A stretch of 64,000 bases of DNA from an uncultured Pseudomonadota bacterium (GTDB lineage Bacteria; Vulcanimicrobiota; Vulcanimicrobiia; Eremiobacterales; Eremiobacteraceae). The translations under genes were made by a program, and so were the position numbers. Position 1 is the first letter of the stretch. Every line of letters begins with the position of its first letter. Below are positions 46,732 to 55,777 of the stretch, one piece after another. The DNA lies in contig CAVTNB010000001.1 in assembly GCA_963736005.1 (NCBI GenBank), positions 128,001 to 192,000 of the forward strand. The letters are read 5' to 3'. Below the pieces are notes generated by a model. It saw nothing but the letters and a program-made list of their open reading frames with translations, was not told where the DNA came from and searched no databases.

Positions 46732-48177
46732 GTGACACAACCAACTTTGCGAAAATCATCAAAGATTACCGCCCTCTCCGTGGTGTTGTGCACGCTCGTA
46801 CTTCAAGCTTGTGGGGGTGGAGGAGGTTCGACGACACCGCCGCCGCCCACCTCACCTCCCACCTCGAGTGCTAGCTGCACCCACACATTCAGCGCCGCGA
46901 CGGGGGCTCTTACCTTTACACGCGCCGGCTCATTTGGCTTACGTCCCCCGAGCGCGTCAAGGGAAGAAATTGTCCCTGACAAACTCGCCGTGCGTTTTGT
47001 GGGAACGAATATTTCGCCCCAGGCTGCGTCCGCATTGGCACGCATTCGCGCACGAAGGATCACCGAGATGAATCCTCAAGGCGCAGTCACCTATGCGATT
47101 CCGTCAGGCTCGAACATGCAGCAAACCGCCGGCGTTCTGCGTGGCCTACCGGGCGTTATCAACGCAGGCCCCGTCATTCTGCGGCACGTCCTCGTTACCC
47201 CAAACGATCCGCTCTTTAGCAACGTCAATCAGTGGGATATGTTCGCGATCGGAATGCCGGCCGCATGGGGCATTAGCGAAGGGATCACAACTGTGCGCAT
47301 CGCGGTGATCGACACCGGGTACGACACGTTCAACACAGACCTCAATGGCAAGGTGGATGGCTCGATTGTGTACGACAAGGGCGACGGCACGCCACACGTC
47401 GGCGCTTCTATCGAGGACGTGACCGGCCATGGCAGTGATGTCAGCGGCATCGCGGCAGCGGATACAAACAACAGCACTGATGTCGCTGGCACTGGCTGGA
47501 ACGTGCATTTGCTCGAAGCGAGAGTATTTCCAAACACCAACAACTCCGGGGCCGCCACGCAAGATATTGCCGCCGGAATCAATTGGGCGGTTGCAAATGG
47601 AGCTCAGGTGATCAATCTGAGTCTCGGAGGCGGAACGCCAGATAATACCTATGAAGAACCAGCAGTGGCTGCTGCGATCGCCGCTGGAGTTGTCGTCGTG
47701 GCGGCTTCAGGAAACGATGGTCGCAATACCGTTGACTATCCCGCGGCCGATCCAGGCGTCATCGCCGTCGGGGCGTCGGCATATTGCGACTCCGTCCAGA
47801 ATACGCCTGGCTCGGGTTTCGAGTATGTCGCATCGTACTCAAATTATGGCTCGCAACTTTCGGTTGTTGCGCCCGGTGGCGACCCCGACTCCACACAAAC
47901 CGGGTGCACGACCCAGGCCTGCATCGACTTCCTCCAATGGATCGAGAATCTCGACAGCACGAAGGGACCGTTTACCGAAACCGTCGGCCTGTTTGCTGGG
48001 ACCTCCCAGGCATCGCCACACGTTGCAGGCGCCGTCGCGTTGATGTTTTCCATAGATCCTTCGCTGACTCCAGCGCAAGCTCTGTCGATCATTAAGGCGT
48101 CCGCTGACTCCATCGGCGACCCACACCAGGGTTCAGGGCGACTTGATGTGTTCAACGCGCTTTCGCAAACACCGTAA
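46732..48177 (+). CDS. S8 (subtilisin-like) serine peptidase, lipoprotein
   Basis: Lipobox LQAC with GGGG/Pro linker; IAVIDTG (Asp), TGHG (His), AASGN, GTSQASPHVAG (Ser). Confidence 0.92.
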   Translation: MTQPTLRKSSKITALSVVLCTLVLQACGGGGGSTTPPPPTSPPTSSASCTHTFSAATGALTFTRAGSFGLRPPSASREEIVPDKLAVRFVGTNISPQAASALARIRARRITEMNPQGAVTYAIPSGSNMQQTAGVLRGLPGVINAGPVILRHVLVTPNDPLFSNVNQWDMFAIGMPAAWGISEGITTVRIAVIDTGYDTFNTDLNGKVDGSIVYDKGDGTPHVGASIEDVTGHGSDVSGIAAADTNNSTDVAGTGWNVHLLEARVFPNTNNSGAATQDIAAGINWAVANGAQVINLSLGGGTPDNTYEEPAVAAAIAAGVVVVAASGNDGRNTVDYPAADPGVIAVGASAYCDSVQNTPGSGFEYVASYSNYGSQLSVVAPGGDPDSTQTGCTTQACIDFLQWIENLDSTKGPFTETVGLFAGTSQASPHVAGAVALMFSIDPSLTPAQALSIIKASADSIGDPHQGSGRLDVFNALSQTP

Positions 48178-48274
48178 AGAGCGAGTGCGCGAAAAGGACC
48201 TCCGCTTTGAGCACGGAATTGCGCGAGGTGAACCGGAGGTTACTTTGGCGACGTTGTCGTCAGCTGTCTAGTCA

Positions 48275-48327
48275 AGCGGACCTGAAGGTCCGCTGCTACA
48301 TTAACATGGGCGGATTCGAAGGTCCGC
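48275..48327 (-). repeat. GTAG-type REP palindrome plus a degenerate second copy
   Basis: AGCGGACCT/ga/AGGTCCGCT-G-CTAC, followed by GGCGGAttcgaaggTCCGC. Confidence 0.75.
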
Positions 48328-48346
48328 TCTCACGCATGCAGCGCAC

Positions 48347-49732
48347 GTGAAGCGCACCAGGCTCTCCCGCGTCCTCGGACTTTCCGATCTCTCGATCCTT
48401 TCCTCAGCGAGCATGGCGCCCGCGTATTCGATCGCGTCGACGTTCGGTTTGATGGTGGCGGTGGCCGGATCGGGCGCCGTGCTCTCACTCGTCATCTTGA
48501 CAGTCCCAATTGTGTTCATCGCGATCGCTTTCCATCGTTTGTGCGAAGAGCGGTCTGATGCCGGCTCGACGTATGCGTGGTCGCGCTTGGCCTTTGGCCA
48601 CCGTCCGGGTGCGTTTACTGCTTGGATCGTCGTGCTGTCATATTTTTTCGCTGCGGTCGCGGCAGTCGTACCCGCTGGCGTCTACACGCTCGAGCTGCTT
48701 GCGCACTTTGGTTGGGTCCCCACAGCCTGGGTGAACGAAGCGCCTGCGGTCGCGATTGCTGGGAGCAGCTGGGTTCTCGTTGCCAGCGCGCTCTTGATCG
48801 GTGGCGTGCGTCCGACTGCTCGGGCGTCGGGGCTGTTCCTCGGTCTTGAGATCGCGGCGCTCCTCTTTTTTGCAGGACTCGCCTTTTTGCACAAGCCTGT
48901 CGCGCACAGCGGTGCAACGCATCTCTTCACGCTCGGCGGTGGGGGATTTGCAGGCTTCCTGTCCGCCATGGTGTTGTCCATCTGGGTGACGGACGGATGG
49001 GAAGTATCCACCTACACCTCTGAGGAGAATTCAGGCACCTCGCGGCAGCCCGGGCTCGGTGGCCTCTTCGGCTTGCTCATCACGGTGGCGCTGGTCCTCG
49101 TGTGCATGGTGGCCTACTTGCGAGTCGGCGATCTCGCCGGGATTTCGAATCAAGCCGCCGATACACTAGCGTACGTTGCCAATCAGCTCGGTGGCGGCTG
49201 GAAGGAAATCGTCATGGTCGTCACCGTGCTCGTTTCCACTGCAGCCACGTTGTGGACAACGCAACTCGGCATTTCTCGCGGTGTCTTTTCCATGGCGCGC
49301 GATTCTGTTTTCCCGCGTGCGCTTTCTGCCGTGCACCCAAATTATGGCACGCCGCACTTAAGCATCTTAGCGGTGAACATCGGCGTCATGTTCGTTACGC
49401 TGCTCATGGGGTTTGCGCCATCTGCCAAAGATGCGTTGCTCGAAGTTGTCAATGCGTCGTCGATTTTCTTAGGGCTCACCTTCATTCTTACTGGACTCTC
49501 ATGCGTCGTCCATTTCCGGCGCAAAGGCTTCCCACTCACCGATCTCACGCGGATCGTCTTGCCGGCCATCGGTACGCTTGCGGTGACCTTCCTCCTCATC
49601 CGGAACTACTTTTCGCAAACGCGCGAGGATCAAGTGATCGCCCTGGTCGGCATCGCGATCGGTGTCGTCTTTGCGGCTTTGCAGCGTCTGCCACGCGCCG
49701 CGCTTCCGGAATACCGAGTTCCCGCGGCTTAG
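48347..49732 (+). CDS. APC family amino acid permease (paralog of 45272..46666)
   Basis: Same motifs: SMAPAYS, AGSTY.W, GWEVSTY.SEE, HPNYGTP. Confidence 0.9.
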   Translation: MKRTRLSRVLGLSDLSILSSASMAPAYSIASTFGLMVAVAGSGAVLSLVILTVPIVFIAIAFHRLCEERSDAGSTYAWSRLAFGHRPGAFTAWIVVLSYFFAAVAAVVPAGVYTLELLAHFGWVPTAWVNEAPAVAIAGSSWVLVASALLIGGVRPTARASGLFLGLEIAALLFFAGLAFLHKPVAHSGATHLFTLGGGGFAGFLSAMVLSIWVTDGWEVSTYTSEENSGTSRQPGLGGLFGLLITVALVLVCMVAYLRVGDLAGISNQAADTLAYVANQLGGGWKEIVMVVTVLVSTAATLWTTQLGISRGVFSMARDSVFPRALSAVHPNYGTPHLSILAVNIGVMFVTLLMGFAPSAKDALLEVVNASSIFLGLTFILTGLSCVVHFRRKGFPLTDLTRIVLPAIGTLAVTFLLIRNYFSQTREDQVIALVGIAIGVVFAALQRLPRAALPEYRVPAA

Positions 49733-49739
49733 AAGCCAT

Positions 49740-49845
49740 GGGCGACTTGACAATCGCCCGCTACGGGTCCGCTCGAACATGCCGCAGAGGCGCAAAAGTT
49801 CCACGCGACGAACCTGATGTGTAGCGGGCAACTGTCAAGTTGCCC
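49740..49845. repeat. Divergent GTAG-type REP pair
   Basis: GGGCGActtgacaaTCGCCC-G-CTAC (minus) and GTAG-C-GGGCAACT/gtca/AGTTGCCC (plus). Confidence 0.75.
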
Positions 49846-49864
49846 AGGTACGGAGGTCCTCACC

Positions 49865-51157
49865 GTGGCACGACCCATGACCCTTACCGAAAAGATCCTC
49901 GCCGCTCATTCAGGCAACACCGAGGTGAGGCCAGGTGACATCATCTCCATCCAACTCGATCTTGTGATGGCAAACGAGCTCTCGGCAGCTGTGGCCATCA
50001 CCGAGTTTCGAAAAATCAAAGGCGCCACCAAGGTGTGGGACCATTCGAAAATTGCGCTCGTGCCAAGCCACTTTACCCCTAACAAAGATATTGCAACGGC
50101 CACGCTTTCGAAAATGATGCGAGACTTTGCCACCGAGCAGCATATCGAGAATTACTTTGAAGTCGGGCGCGGCGGCATCGAGCATGTGGTGCTGCCGGAA
50201 AACGGGATGATCGGACCGGGCATGACGATCATCGGTGGCGACAGCCACACGACCACCTATGGGGGTCTCGGCGCATTTGCAACCGGTGTTGGCTCGACCG
50301 ACATCGCCGCCGCGTTTGCCATCGGCGAAATGTGGCTGCGAGTGCCGTCAACAATTAAGATTATCTACGAAGGCGGGTTACGCCCATTCGTCTCGGCAAA
50401 GGATCTCATCTTGCGCACGATCTCCGAGCTTGGCGTTGACGGTGCAATCTACGGGGCGCTTGAGTTTACCGGTCCCACGCTCAAGGAGTTGCCAATCAGC
50501 GGTCGCTTTACGATGGCGAACATGTCGATCGAAGCCGGCGCAAAAAATGGAATTTTCCCGGTCGACGCAAGCGCCGAAGCATACTGCGCGGCAGTGGGAA
50601 TGAAAAACTATACCGTGTACCATGCAGATAAAAATGCAGAGTACGAGCGCACGGTGCTCATCGATTGCAGCGTGGTCGAGCCACAGGTCGCCATCCCTTG
50701 GCTGCCCGACAATACAAAAAACGCGTCGGAGCTCAACAATATCGAAATTCAACAAGCCGTTATTGGCACGTGCACCAACGGCCGCATCGAAGACATGCGC
50801 CAGGCGGCCGAGATTCTCAAAGGCAACAAAGTGCACCCAAGCGTGCGCGCCATCGTTATTCCTGGCAGCCAGAAAGTCTATTCTCAGTGTCTTAAGGAAG
50901 GGCTCGCCGAAATCTTTATCGACGCGGGTTGCGTGCTTTCGACCCCAACCTGCGGCCCGTGCGTCGGCGGACACATGGGCGTGCTGGCCGATGGAGAGCG
51001 CTGCATTTCCACGACCAACCGCAACTTCCGTGGCCGCATGGGTCACGTCAAGAGCGAAGTGTATCTCACCGGACCGTACGTCGCCGCCACATCGGCGATC
51101 TTAGGCTACATCGGAAGCCCGGAACAACTTGGAACTCCGATGAAGGCCAGCGCATGA
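49865..51157 (+). CDS. leuC: 3-isopropylmalate dehydratase/homoaconitase family large subunit
   Basis: MTLTEKILA, GIEHV, GGDSHT, IGTCTNGR, CGPCVG, STTNRNF.GRMG; GTG after GGAGG. Confidence 0.85.
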   Translation: MARPMTLTEKILAAHSGNTEVRPGDIISIQLDLVMANELSAAVAITEFRKIKGATKVWDHSKIALVPSHFTPNKDIATATLSKMMRDFATEQHIENYFEVGRGGIEHVVLPENGMIGPGMTIIGGDSHTTTYGGLGAFATGVGSTDIAAAFAIGEMWLRVPSTIKIIYEGGLRPFVSAKDLILRTISELGVDGAIYGALEFTGPTLKELPISGRFTMANMSIEAGAKNGIFPVDASAEAYCAAVGMKNYTVYHADKNAEYERTVLIDCSVVEPQVAIPWLPDNTKNASELNNIEIQQAVIGTCTNGRIEDMRQAAEILKGNKVHPSVRAIVIPGSQKVYSQCLKEGLAEIFIDAGCVLSTPTCGPCVGGHMGVLADGERCISTTNRNFRGRMGHVKSEVYLTGPYVAATSAILGYIGSPEQLGTPMKASA

Positions 51158-51660
51158 TCCTCAAAGGCACAGCGCACAAATACGGGAAGAACGTCGATAC
51201 CGACGTCATCATTCCGGGGCGGTATTGCAATCTCATCGATCCGGTCGAGCTGGGGAAGCACGCGCTGGAGGATCTCGACGCAAATTTTACCAAGAAAGCG
51301 AAGCCGGGCGACTTGATCGTCGCTGATACGAACTTTGGTTGCGGCTCGTCGCGCGAGGTGGCAGCGGTAGCGCTCAAGGGAGCCGGCGTCGCAGGCGTTG
51401 TGGCAAAATCGTTTGCTCGCATTTTCTATCGTAACTGCATCAATACGGGCTTGCCGATTTTCGAATGTCCGGAAGGCGTCGACGGCATCAGCGATGGTGA
51501 CACGATTACGGTCGACGCTGACAATGGCAGCATTCGCAACGAGACGACTGGTCGGGACTTCAAAGCGACGCAGTTCCCGAAGTTCATGCAGGACCTCATC
51601 GCCCAAGGCGGGCTCCTCAAGTTCGTGGAGAAACGCCTGGAAGAAAAAGCGAAGCTGTAG
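51154..51660 (+). CDS. leuD: 3-isopropylmalate dehydratase family small subunit
   Basis: NVDTDVIIPG, NFGCGSSRE, SFARIFYRNC.N.GLP. Confidence 0.85.
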   Translation: MILKGTAHKYGKNVDTDVIIPGRYCNLIDPVELGKHALEDLDANFTKKAKPGDLIVADTNFGCGSSREVAAVALKGAGVAGVVAKSFARIFYRNCINTGLPIFECPEGVDGISDGDTITVDADNGSIRNETTGRDFKATQFPKFMQDLIAQGGLLKFVEKRLEEKAKL

Positions 51661-51666
51661 GGGGCG

Positions 51667-52749
51667 ATGCCAACACCCCATCGCATCGCCGTCATTCCGG
51701 GCGATGGCGTCGGACCTGAAGTAACGGCCGAAGGCCTCAAAGTCCTCGCGCAGGCGTCCAAGCTTTTTGGCTTTACCTACGAAACAAGCAACTTTCCGTT
51801 TGGTTCCGAGCACTATCTCATGACCAAGGAACTATTGCCCGAAGGTCAGCTCGAGCGTTTCCGCGAGTATAGTGCGATCTTGCTGGGCGCGATTGGAGAT
51901 CCGCGCTTACCGCCGGGATTGGTCGAACGCGGGGTCATTGCGGCGATGCGTTTTGGCTTGGATCTTTACATCAACCTCCGGCCTATCAAGCTCTATGCGG
52001 AGCGGCTCTGCCCCATCAAGGGCAAAACGCCGGCCGACGTCGACATGGTCGTCGTGCGCGAGAACACGGAGGATCTCTACACAGGGATGGGCGGCTACTT
52101 CAAACGCGGCACGCCAGATGAAGTCGTCATTGCGAACCAAATCTTCACCCGCAAGGGATGCGAGCGGGCGGTGCGCTACGCGTTTGCTGTAGCGACGAAA
52201 CGCGGCAAGCGCAAAAAGCTCACGCTCGTCGATAAGGCCAATGCGATCGAGGTCCAAGGACTGTGGCGGCGCACGGTGGAGGAAGTCGCGCCCGACTTTC
52301 CGGACGTAACCTTCGAGTTCGCGTATGTCGACGCGGCGTGCATGTGGATGGTAAAAAACCCAGAGTCATTCGACGTGATCGTGACGCCGAATCTCTTCGG
52401 CGACATTATTACCGACCTCGGTGCGATGGTGCAGGGAGGCATGGGTGTCGCAGCTTCGGGCAATATTCATCCGGGAAGAGTTTCGCTCTTCGAGCCCATT
52501 CACGGATCGGCGCCAAAATATAAAGGGAAAAATGTTGTCAGCCCCATCGCAGCCATCGCAGCGGTGGGCATGATGCTCGAGTATTTGGGCGAGGGGCAAG
52601 CGGCGAACGCAATCGAGTCGAGCATCGCGCAGCTTTTGGCAAGCGAGCGCATTCCCTCGCTGGATGCGTCGAGCGGCTTGCAAACATCGGAAATCGGCGA
52701 TATGGTGTGCGTTGAATTGGGCGCCCACGCACCCGCCAAGGCCATGTAG
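51667..52749 (+). CDS. leuB: 3-isopropylmalate dehydrogenase family protein
   Basis: IPGDGVGPEV, NLRP, VRENTE, DKAN, NLFGDIITD, FEPIHGSAP. Confidence 0.85.
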   Translation: MPTPHRIAVIPGDGVGPEVTAEGLKVLAQASKLFGFTYETSNFPFGSEHYLMTKELLPEGQLERFREYSAILLGAIGDPRLPPGLVERGVIAAMRFGLDLYINLRPIKLYAERLCPIKGKTPADVDMVVVRENTEDLYTGMGGYFKRGTPDEVVIANQIFTRKGCERAVRYAFAVATKRGKRKKLTLVDKANAIEVQGLWRRTVEEVAPDFPDVTFEFAYVDAACMWMVKNPESFDVIVTPNLFGDIITDLGAMVQGGMGVAASGNIHPGRVSLFEPIHGSAPKYKGKNVVSPIAAIAAVGMMLEYLGEGQAANAIESSIAQLLASERIPSLDASSGLQTSEIGDMVCVELGAHAPAKAM

Positions 52750-52800
52750 GGGGCGATTGGAAAATCGCCACCGGGGTAACGGGCGACTGTAAAGTCACCC
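52746..52800 (+). repeat. GTAG-type REP palindrome pair
   Basis: GTAG-GG-GGCGATT/ggaa/AATCGCC (contains the leuB stop) and GTAA-C-GGGCGACT/gtaa/AGTCACCC. Confidence 0.75.
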
Positions 52801-52811
52801 AAGGGGATAGT

Positions 52812-54002
52812 ATGAAGAACGGTACCTCAGTCGTCATCGTCAACGGAGCGCGCACTCCGTTCGGTAATTTTGGAGGAGCTTTGCGTGACGTCACGGCCAT
52901 CGACCTTGGCGTGGTTGCATCCAAGGCAGCCATGAGTAGAAGTGGCGTTCCAGCAGAGCGGATCGATCAGGTCATCTTCGGCAACGTCATGCAGACCAGC
53001 GCGGATGGGATTTACGGAGCCCGTCACGTTGGACTAAAGGCGGGTTGCCGCATCGAAACCTCGGCGTTGACGGTCAACCGATTGTGCGGGTCTGGATTGC
53101 AAGCAATCATTAGCGGCGCAGAGCAACTGCTGCTCGGCCAGGCGACGTACGTGCTCGCCGGGGGCATGGAGAATATGAGCCAGGCACCGCACGTCATTCG
53201 CGGCGCACGCTGGGGACTAGCGCTCGGTCAGGGTAAGCTTGAGGATTCGCTCTGGGAAGGGCTGACGGACAGCTACAACAACATGCCGATGGCGATCACT
53301 GCGGAAAATCTCGCTCGCCAGTATGAAATCAGCCGGCAGGCATCGGATGAATTTGCACTGCGCTCGCACCGCGCAGCTGTGCGGTCTTCAGAAGACGGAT
53401 TTTATGCGCAAGAAATCGCGCCGGTGGAAGTCAGCGGGCGCAAGGGACCGATAATCATCGACAAAGATGAAGGTCCTCGGCCCGACACCTCCGGTGAGAA
53501 GCTCGCGAAACTGTCGCCGCGCTTCAAAAAAGATGGAGTCGTCACTGCGGGCAACGCAAGCGGTATCACCGATGGCGCTGCCGCAGTTGTGCTCACGACG
53601 GCCGAACAGGCAGAGCGCGACGGGTTGCAACCGCTCGGACGTCTGATCGGTTGGGCAAGCGTCGGCGTGGACCCGGACGTGATGGGAATCGGACCTGCCT
53701 TTGCGATTCCGCAGGCGCTCAAGCGCGCCGGCTTCGACCTCGATCAAATTGATATTTTTGAAATCAATGAAGCGTTCGCGCCGCAGGTCCTTGCTTGCGT
53801 TGACGAACTCCACCTCGATGAGAACAAGCTCAATCCCAACGGCGGCGCGATCTCACTGGGCCACCCCTTGGCTGCAAGTGGTGCGCGCCTGGCCTACACG
53901 CTCCTCCACGAGCTCAACCGCAGCAAAAAGAAGTATGGTACCGCAAGCGCGTGCATTGGCGGCGGCCAAGGAATCGCAGCCGTTTTCGAAGCGTTCCCTT
54001 AA
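52812..54002 (+). CDS. Acetyl-CoA C-acyltransferase (thiolase)
   Basis: RTPFG, VNRLCGSG, NEAFA, GHPLAASG, ACIGGGQG. Confidence 0.95.
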   Translation: MKNGTSVVIVNGARTPFGNFGGALRDVTAIDLGVVASKAAMSRSGVPAERIDQVIFGNVMQTSADGIYGARHVGLKAGCRIETSALTVNRLCGSGLQAIISGAEQLLLGQATYVLAGGMENMSQAPHVIRGARWGLALGQGKLEDSLWEGLTDSYNNMPMAITAENLARQYEISRQASDEFALRSHRAAVRSSEDGFYAQEIAPVEVSGRKGPIIIDKDEGPRPDTSGEKLAKLSPRFKKDGVVTAGNASGITDGAAAVVLTTAEQAERDGLQPLGRLIGWASVGVDPDVMGIGPAFAIPQALKRAGFDLDQIDIFEINEAFAPQVLACVDELHLDENKLNPNGGAISLGHPLAASGARLAYTLLHELNRSKKKYGTASACIGGGQGIAAVFEAFP

Positions 54003-54020
54003 CCTCGCACTGCGCGGAGG

Positions 54021-54806
54021 CTAGTTGCCGGTAAAGTGCGGTGCTCGCTTTTCCAGAAACGCTTTGGTGCCTTCGCGCGCATCGGCGGTCGTTGCGATGC
54101 TTCCGAAAGCCTCTGCTTCGATTTCGAGCGCCGAGTGAAGATCGGTTTGAAGGCCCTTGTGAATGACTTTTTTGGTGAGCTCGATGGCCTTTGGGCCCTT
54201 GCTCGCAACGACTGAAGCAATGCGTTTGCTTTCTGCCATGACCTGATCTGGCGGGACGACCTTCTCAACCAGATTCGCTGCTTTCGCCTCTTCGGCGCCG
54301 ATCATTTCCCCGGTCAGCAACAAATACGAGCCCATGCCTTGGCCCACCAATCGCGGGAGTCGCTGCGTACCGCCGAATCCCCCGATGATGCCAAGACTCA
54401 CCTCCGGCTGACCAAGCTTTGCGGTCGAAGCTACGACGCGAATATCTCCCGCCATTGCAAGTTCAAGCCCACCGCCGAGGGCGAAGCCGTTGATGGCCAT
54501 GATAATCGGAAGGCGAGAATGTTCCAGTCGCTCGGTGATATGGTGGCCTGCCCTCGCTTTCTGCGTCGCGCTCTCGGAATCGCGGAGGTTTGCCAGCTCG
54601 CCAATGTCGGCTCCGGCGACAAAAGCTTTGTCACCCGCGCCGGTGATGATCACGCAGCGTACCGATACGTCGGCTTCCAGCTCATCAAAAGCGGCAAGAA
54701 GATCCTTGAACACTTGGGCGTTGAGCGCGTTGAGCGCCTTGGGCCGGTTGATCGTGATGATCGCAGTGGGTCCATCTCGCTCCACAAGCAGGGTTTCGTA
54801 CGCCAT
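54021..54806 (-). CDS. Enoyl-CoA hydratase (crotonase)
   Basis: INRPKALNAL, FVAGADI, ALGGGLEL, GQPEV.LG..GFGGTQRL. Confidence 0.93.
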   Translation of the reverse strand: MAYETLLVERDGPTAIITINRPKALNALNAQVFKDLLAAFDELEADVSVRCVIITGAGDKAFVAGADIGELANLRDSESATQKARAGHHITERLEHSRLPIIMAINGFALGGGLELAMAGDIRVVASTAKLGQPEVSLGIIGGFGGTQRLPRLVGQGMGSYLLLTGEMIGAEEAKAANLVEKVVPPDQVMAESKRIASVVASKGPKAIELTKKVIHKGLQTDLHSALEIEAEAFGSIATTADAREGTKAFLEKRAPHFTGN

Positions 54807-54822
54807 GAGCATCTCCTCAAAG

Positions 54823-54847
54823 CGCGCGAATAAATTCGCGCGACTAC
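54823..54847 (-). repeat. GTAG-type REP palindrome
   Basis: CGCGCGAA/taaa/TTCGCGCG-A-CTAC. Confidence 0.7.
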
Positions 54848-54862
54848 ATTTCGTTTGGAAGT

Positions 54863-55717
54863 TTACGGATAATCGTAGAAGCCTTTACCGCTTTTGCGGC
54901 CGTACTGGCCGGCGAGCACCATGCGTTTGAGTAGTGGGGGTGGCGCCATCAGCGGATCCTTGAATTCGTCGAACATGATTTCGGCGATGTAGTACGTCGT
55001 GTCAAGGCCGACAAAGTCCAGGAGCGTGAGCGGTCCCATGGGATGACCGCAGCCGAGCTTCATGCCTTCATCAATGTCTTCTTTGGTGGCGAGACCAGAT
55101 TCGTACATGCGGATCGCATACAAAAGGTAGGGCACGAGCAGCCGGTTGACGATAAACCCGGGCGTATCTTGTGCCAGGATCGGTTTCTTGCCGACCTTCA
55201 CGGAAAAATGGAAGAGCGTATCGATCGTCTCCTGGCTCGTCACGATGGTCTTGACCACCTCGACGAGCTTCATGATCGGGACCGGATTGAAGAAGTGCAA
55301 GCCGGCAACTTGTTTGGGTCGCTTGGTGGCGGCCGCCATCTCGATGATGCATAAACTCGATGTGTTCGAGCAGATGATAGCGTGTGGCGCTAGCAATGCA
55401 TCGAGCTTCTTAAAAAGTTCCTTCTTGGCGGGCATGTTTTCAATAATCGCTTCGATGACCAGATCGCTCTCCTTGAGATCTTCGAGACGCGTCGTTGGTT
55501 TGAGCTTGGCAAGCGTCTCATCGCGATGTGCTGCGCTGATGGCGCCTTTCTCAACGAATTTGTCGAGCGATTTTTTGATGCCGGCCATCCCGCGATCAAG
55601 AGCCGCCTGATCCGCTTCAAGGACAACCACATCGAAGCCGGCGGTGGCGGCGACCTGCGCGATGCCCGAACCCATGAGGCCGTTGCCGCAGACCCCGATT
55701 CGTTGCAATTGTGGCAT
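54863..55717 (-). CDS. 3-hydroxybutyryl-CoA dehydrogenase
   Basis: GNGLMGSGIA, IEAIIE, SNTSS, GLHFFNP, PGFIVNR, HPMGP..L.D.VGLD. Confidence 0.95.
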   Translation of the reverse strand: MPQLQRIGVCGNGLMGSGIAQVAATAGFDVVVLEADQAALDRGMAGIKKSLDKFVEKGAISAAHRDETLAKLKPTTRLEDLKESDLVIEAIIENMPAKKELFKKLDALLAPHAIICSNTSSLCIIEMAAATKRPKQVAGLHFFNPVPIMKLVEVVKTIVTSQETIDTLFHFSVKVGKKPILAQDTPGFIVNRLLVPYLLYAIRMYESGLATKEDIDEGMKLGCGHPMGPLTLLDFVGLDTTYYIAEIMFDEFKDPLMAPPPLLKRMVLAGQYGRKSGKGFYDYP

Positions 55718-55737
55718 TCCAGATCTCCCTTCATTGG

Positions 55738-55764
55738 TGGGGCGACTTGACGGTCGTCCACTAC
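55738..55764 (-). repeat. GTAG-type REP palindrome
   Basis: GGGCGAC/ttgacg/GTCGTCC-A-CTAC. Confidence 0.7.
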
Positions 55765-55777
55765 AGAGCAGACGAGC

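Noticed and set aside
16850..55764. REP palindromes as CRISPR repeats
   Set aside because: They are dispersed singly or in pairs with no regular repeat-spacer periodicity, and there are no cas genes.
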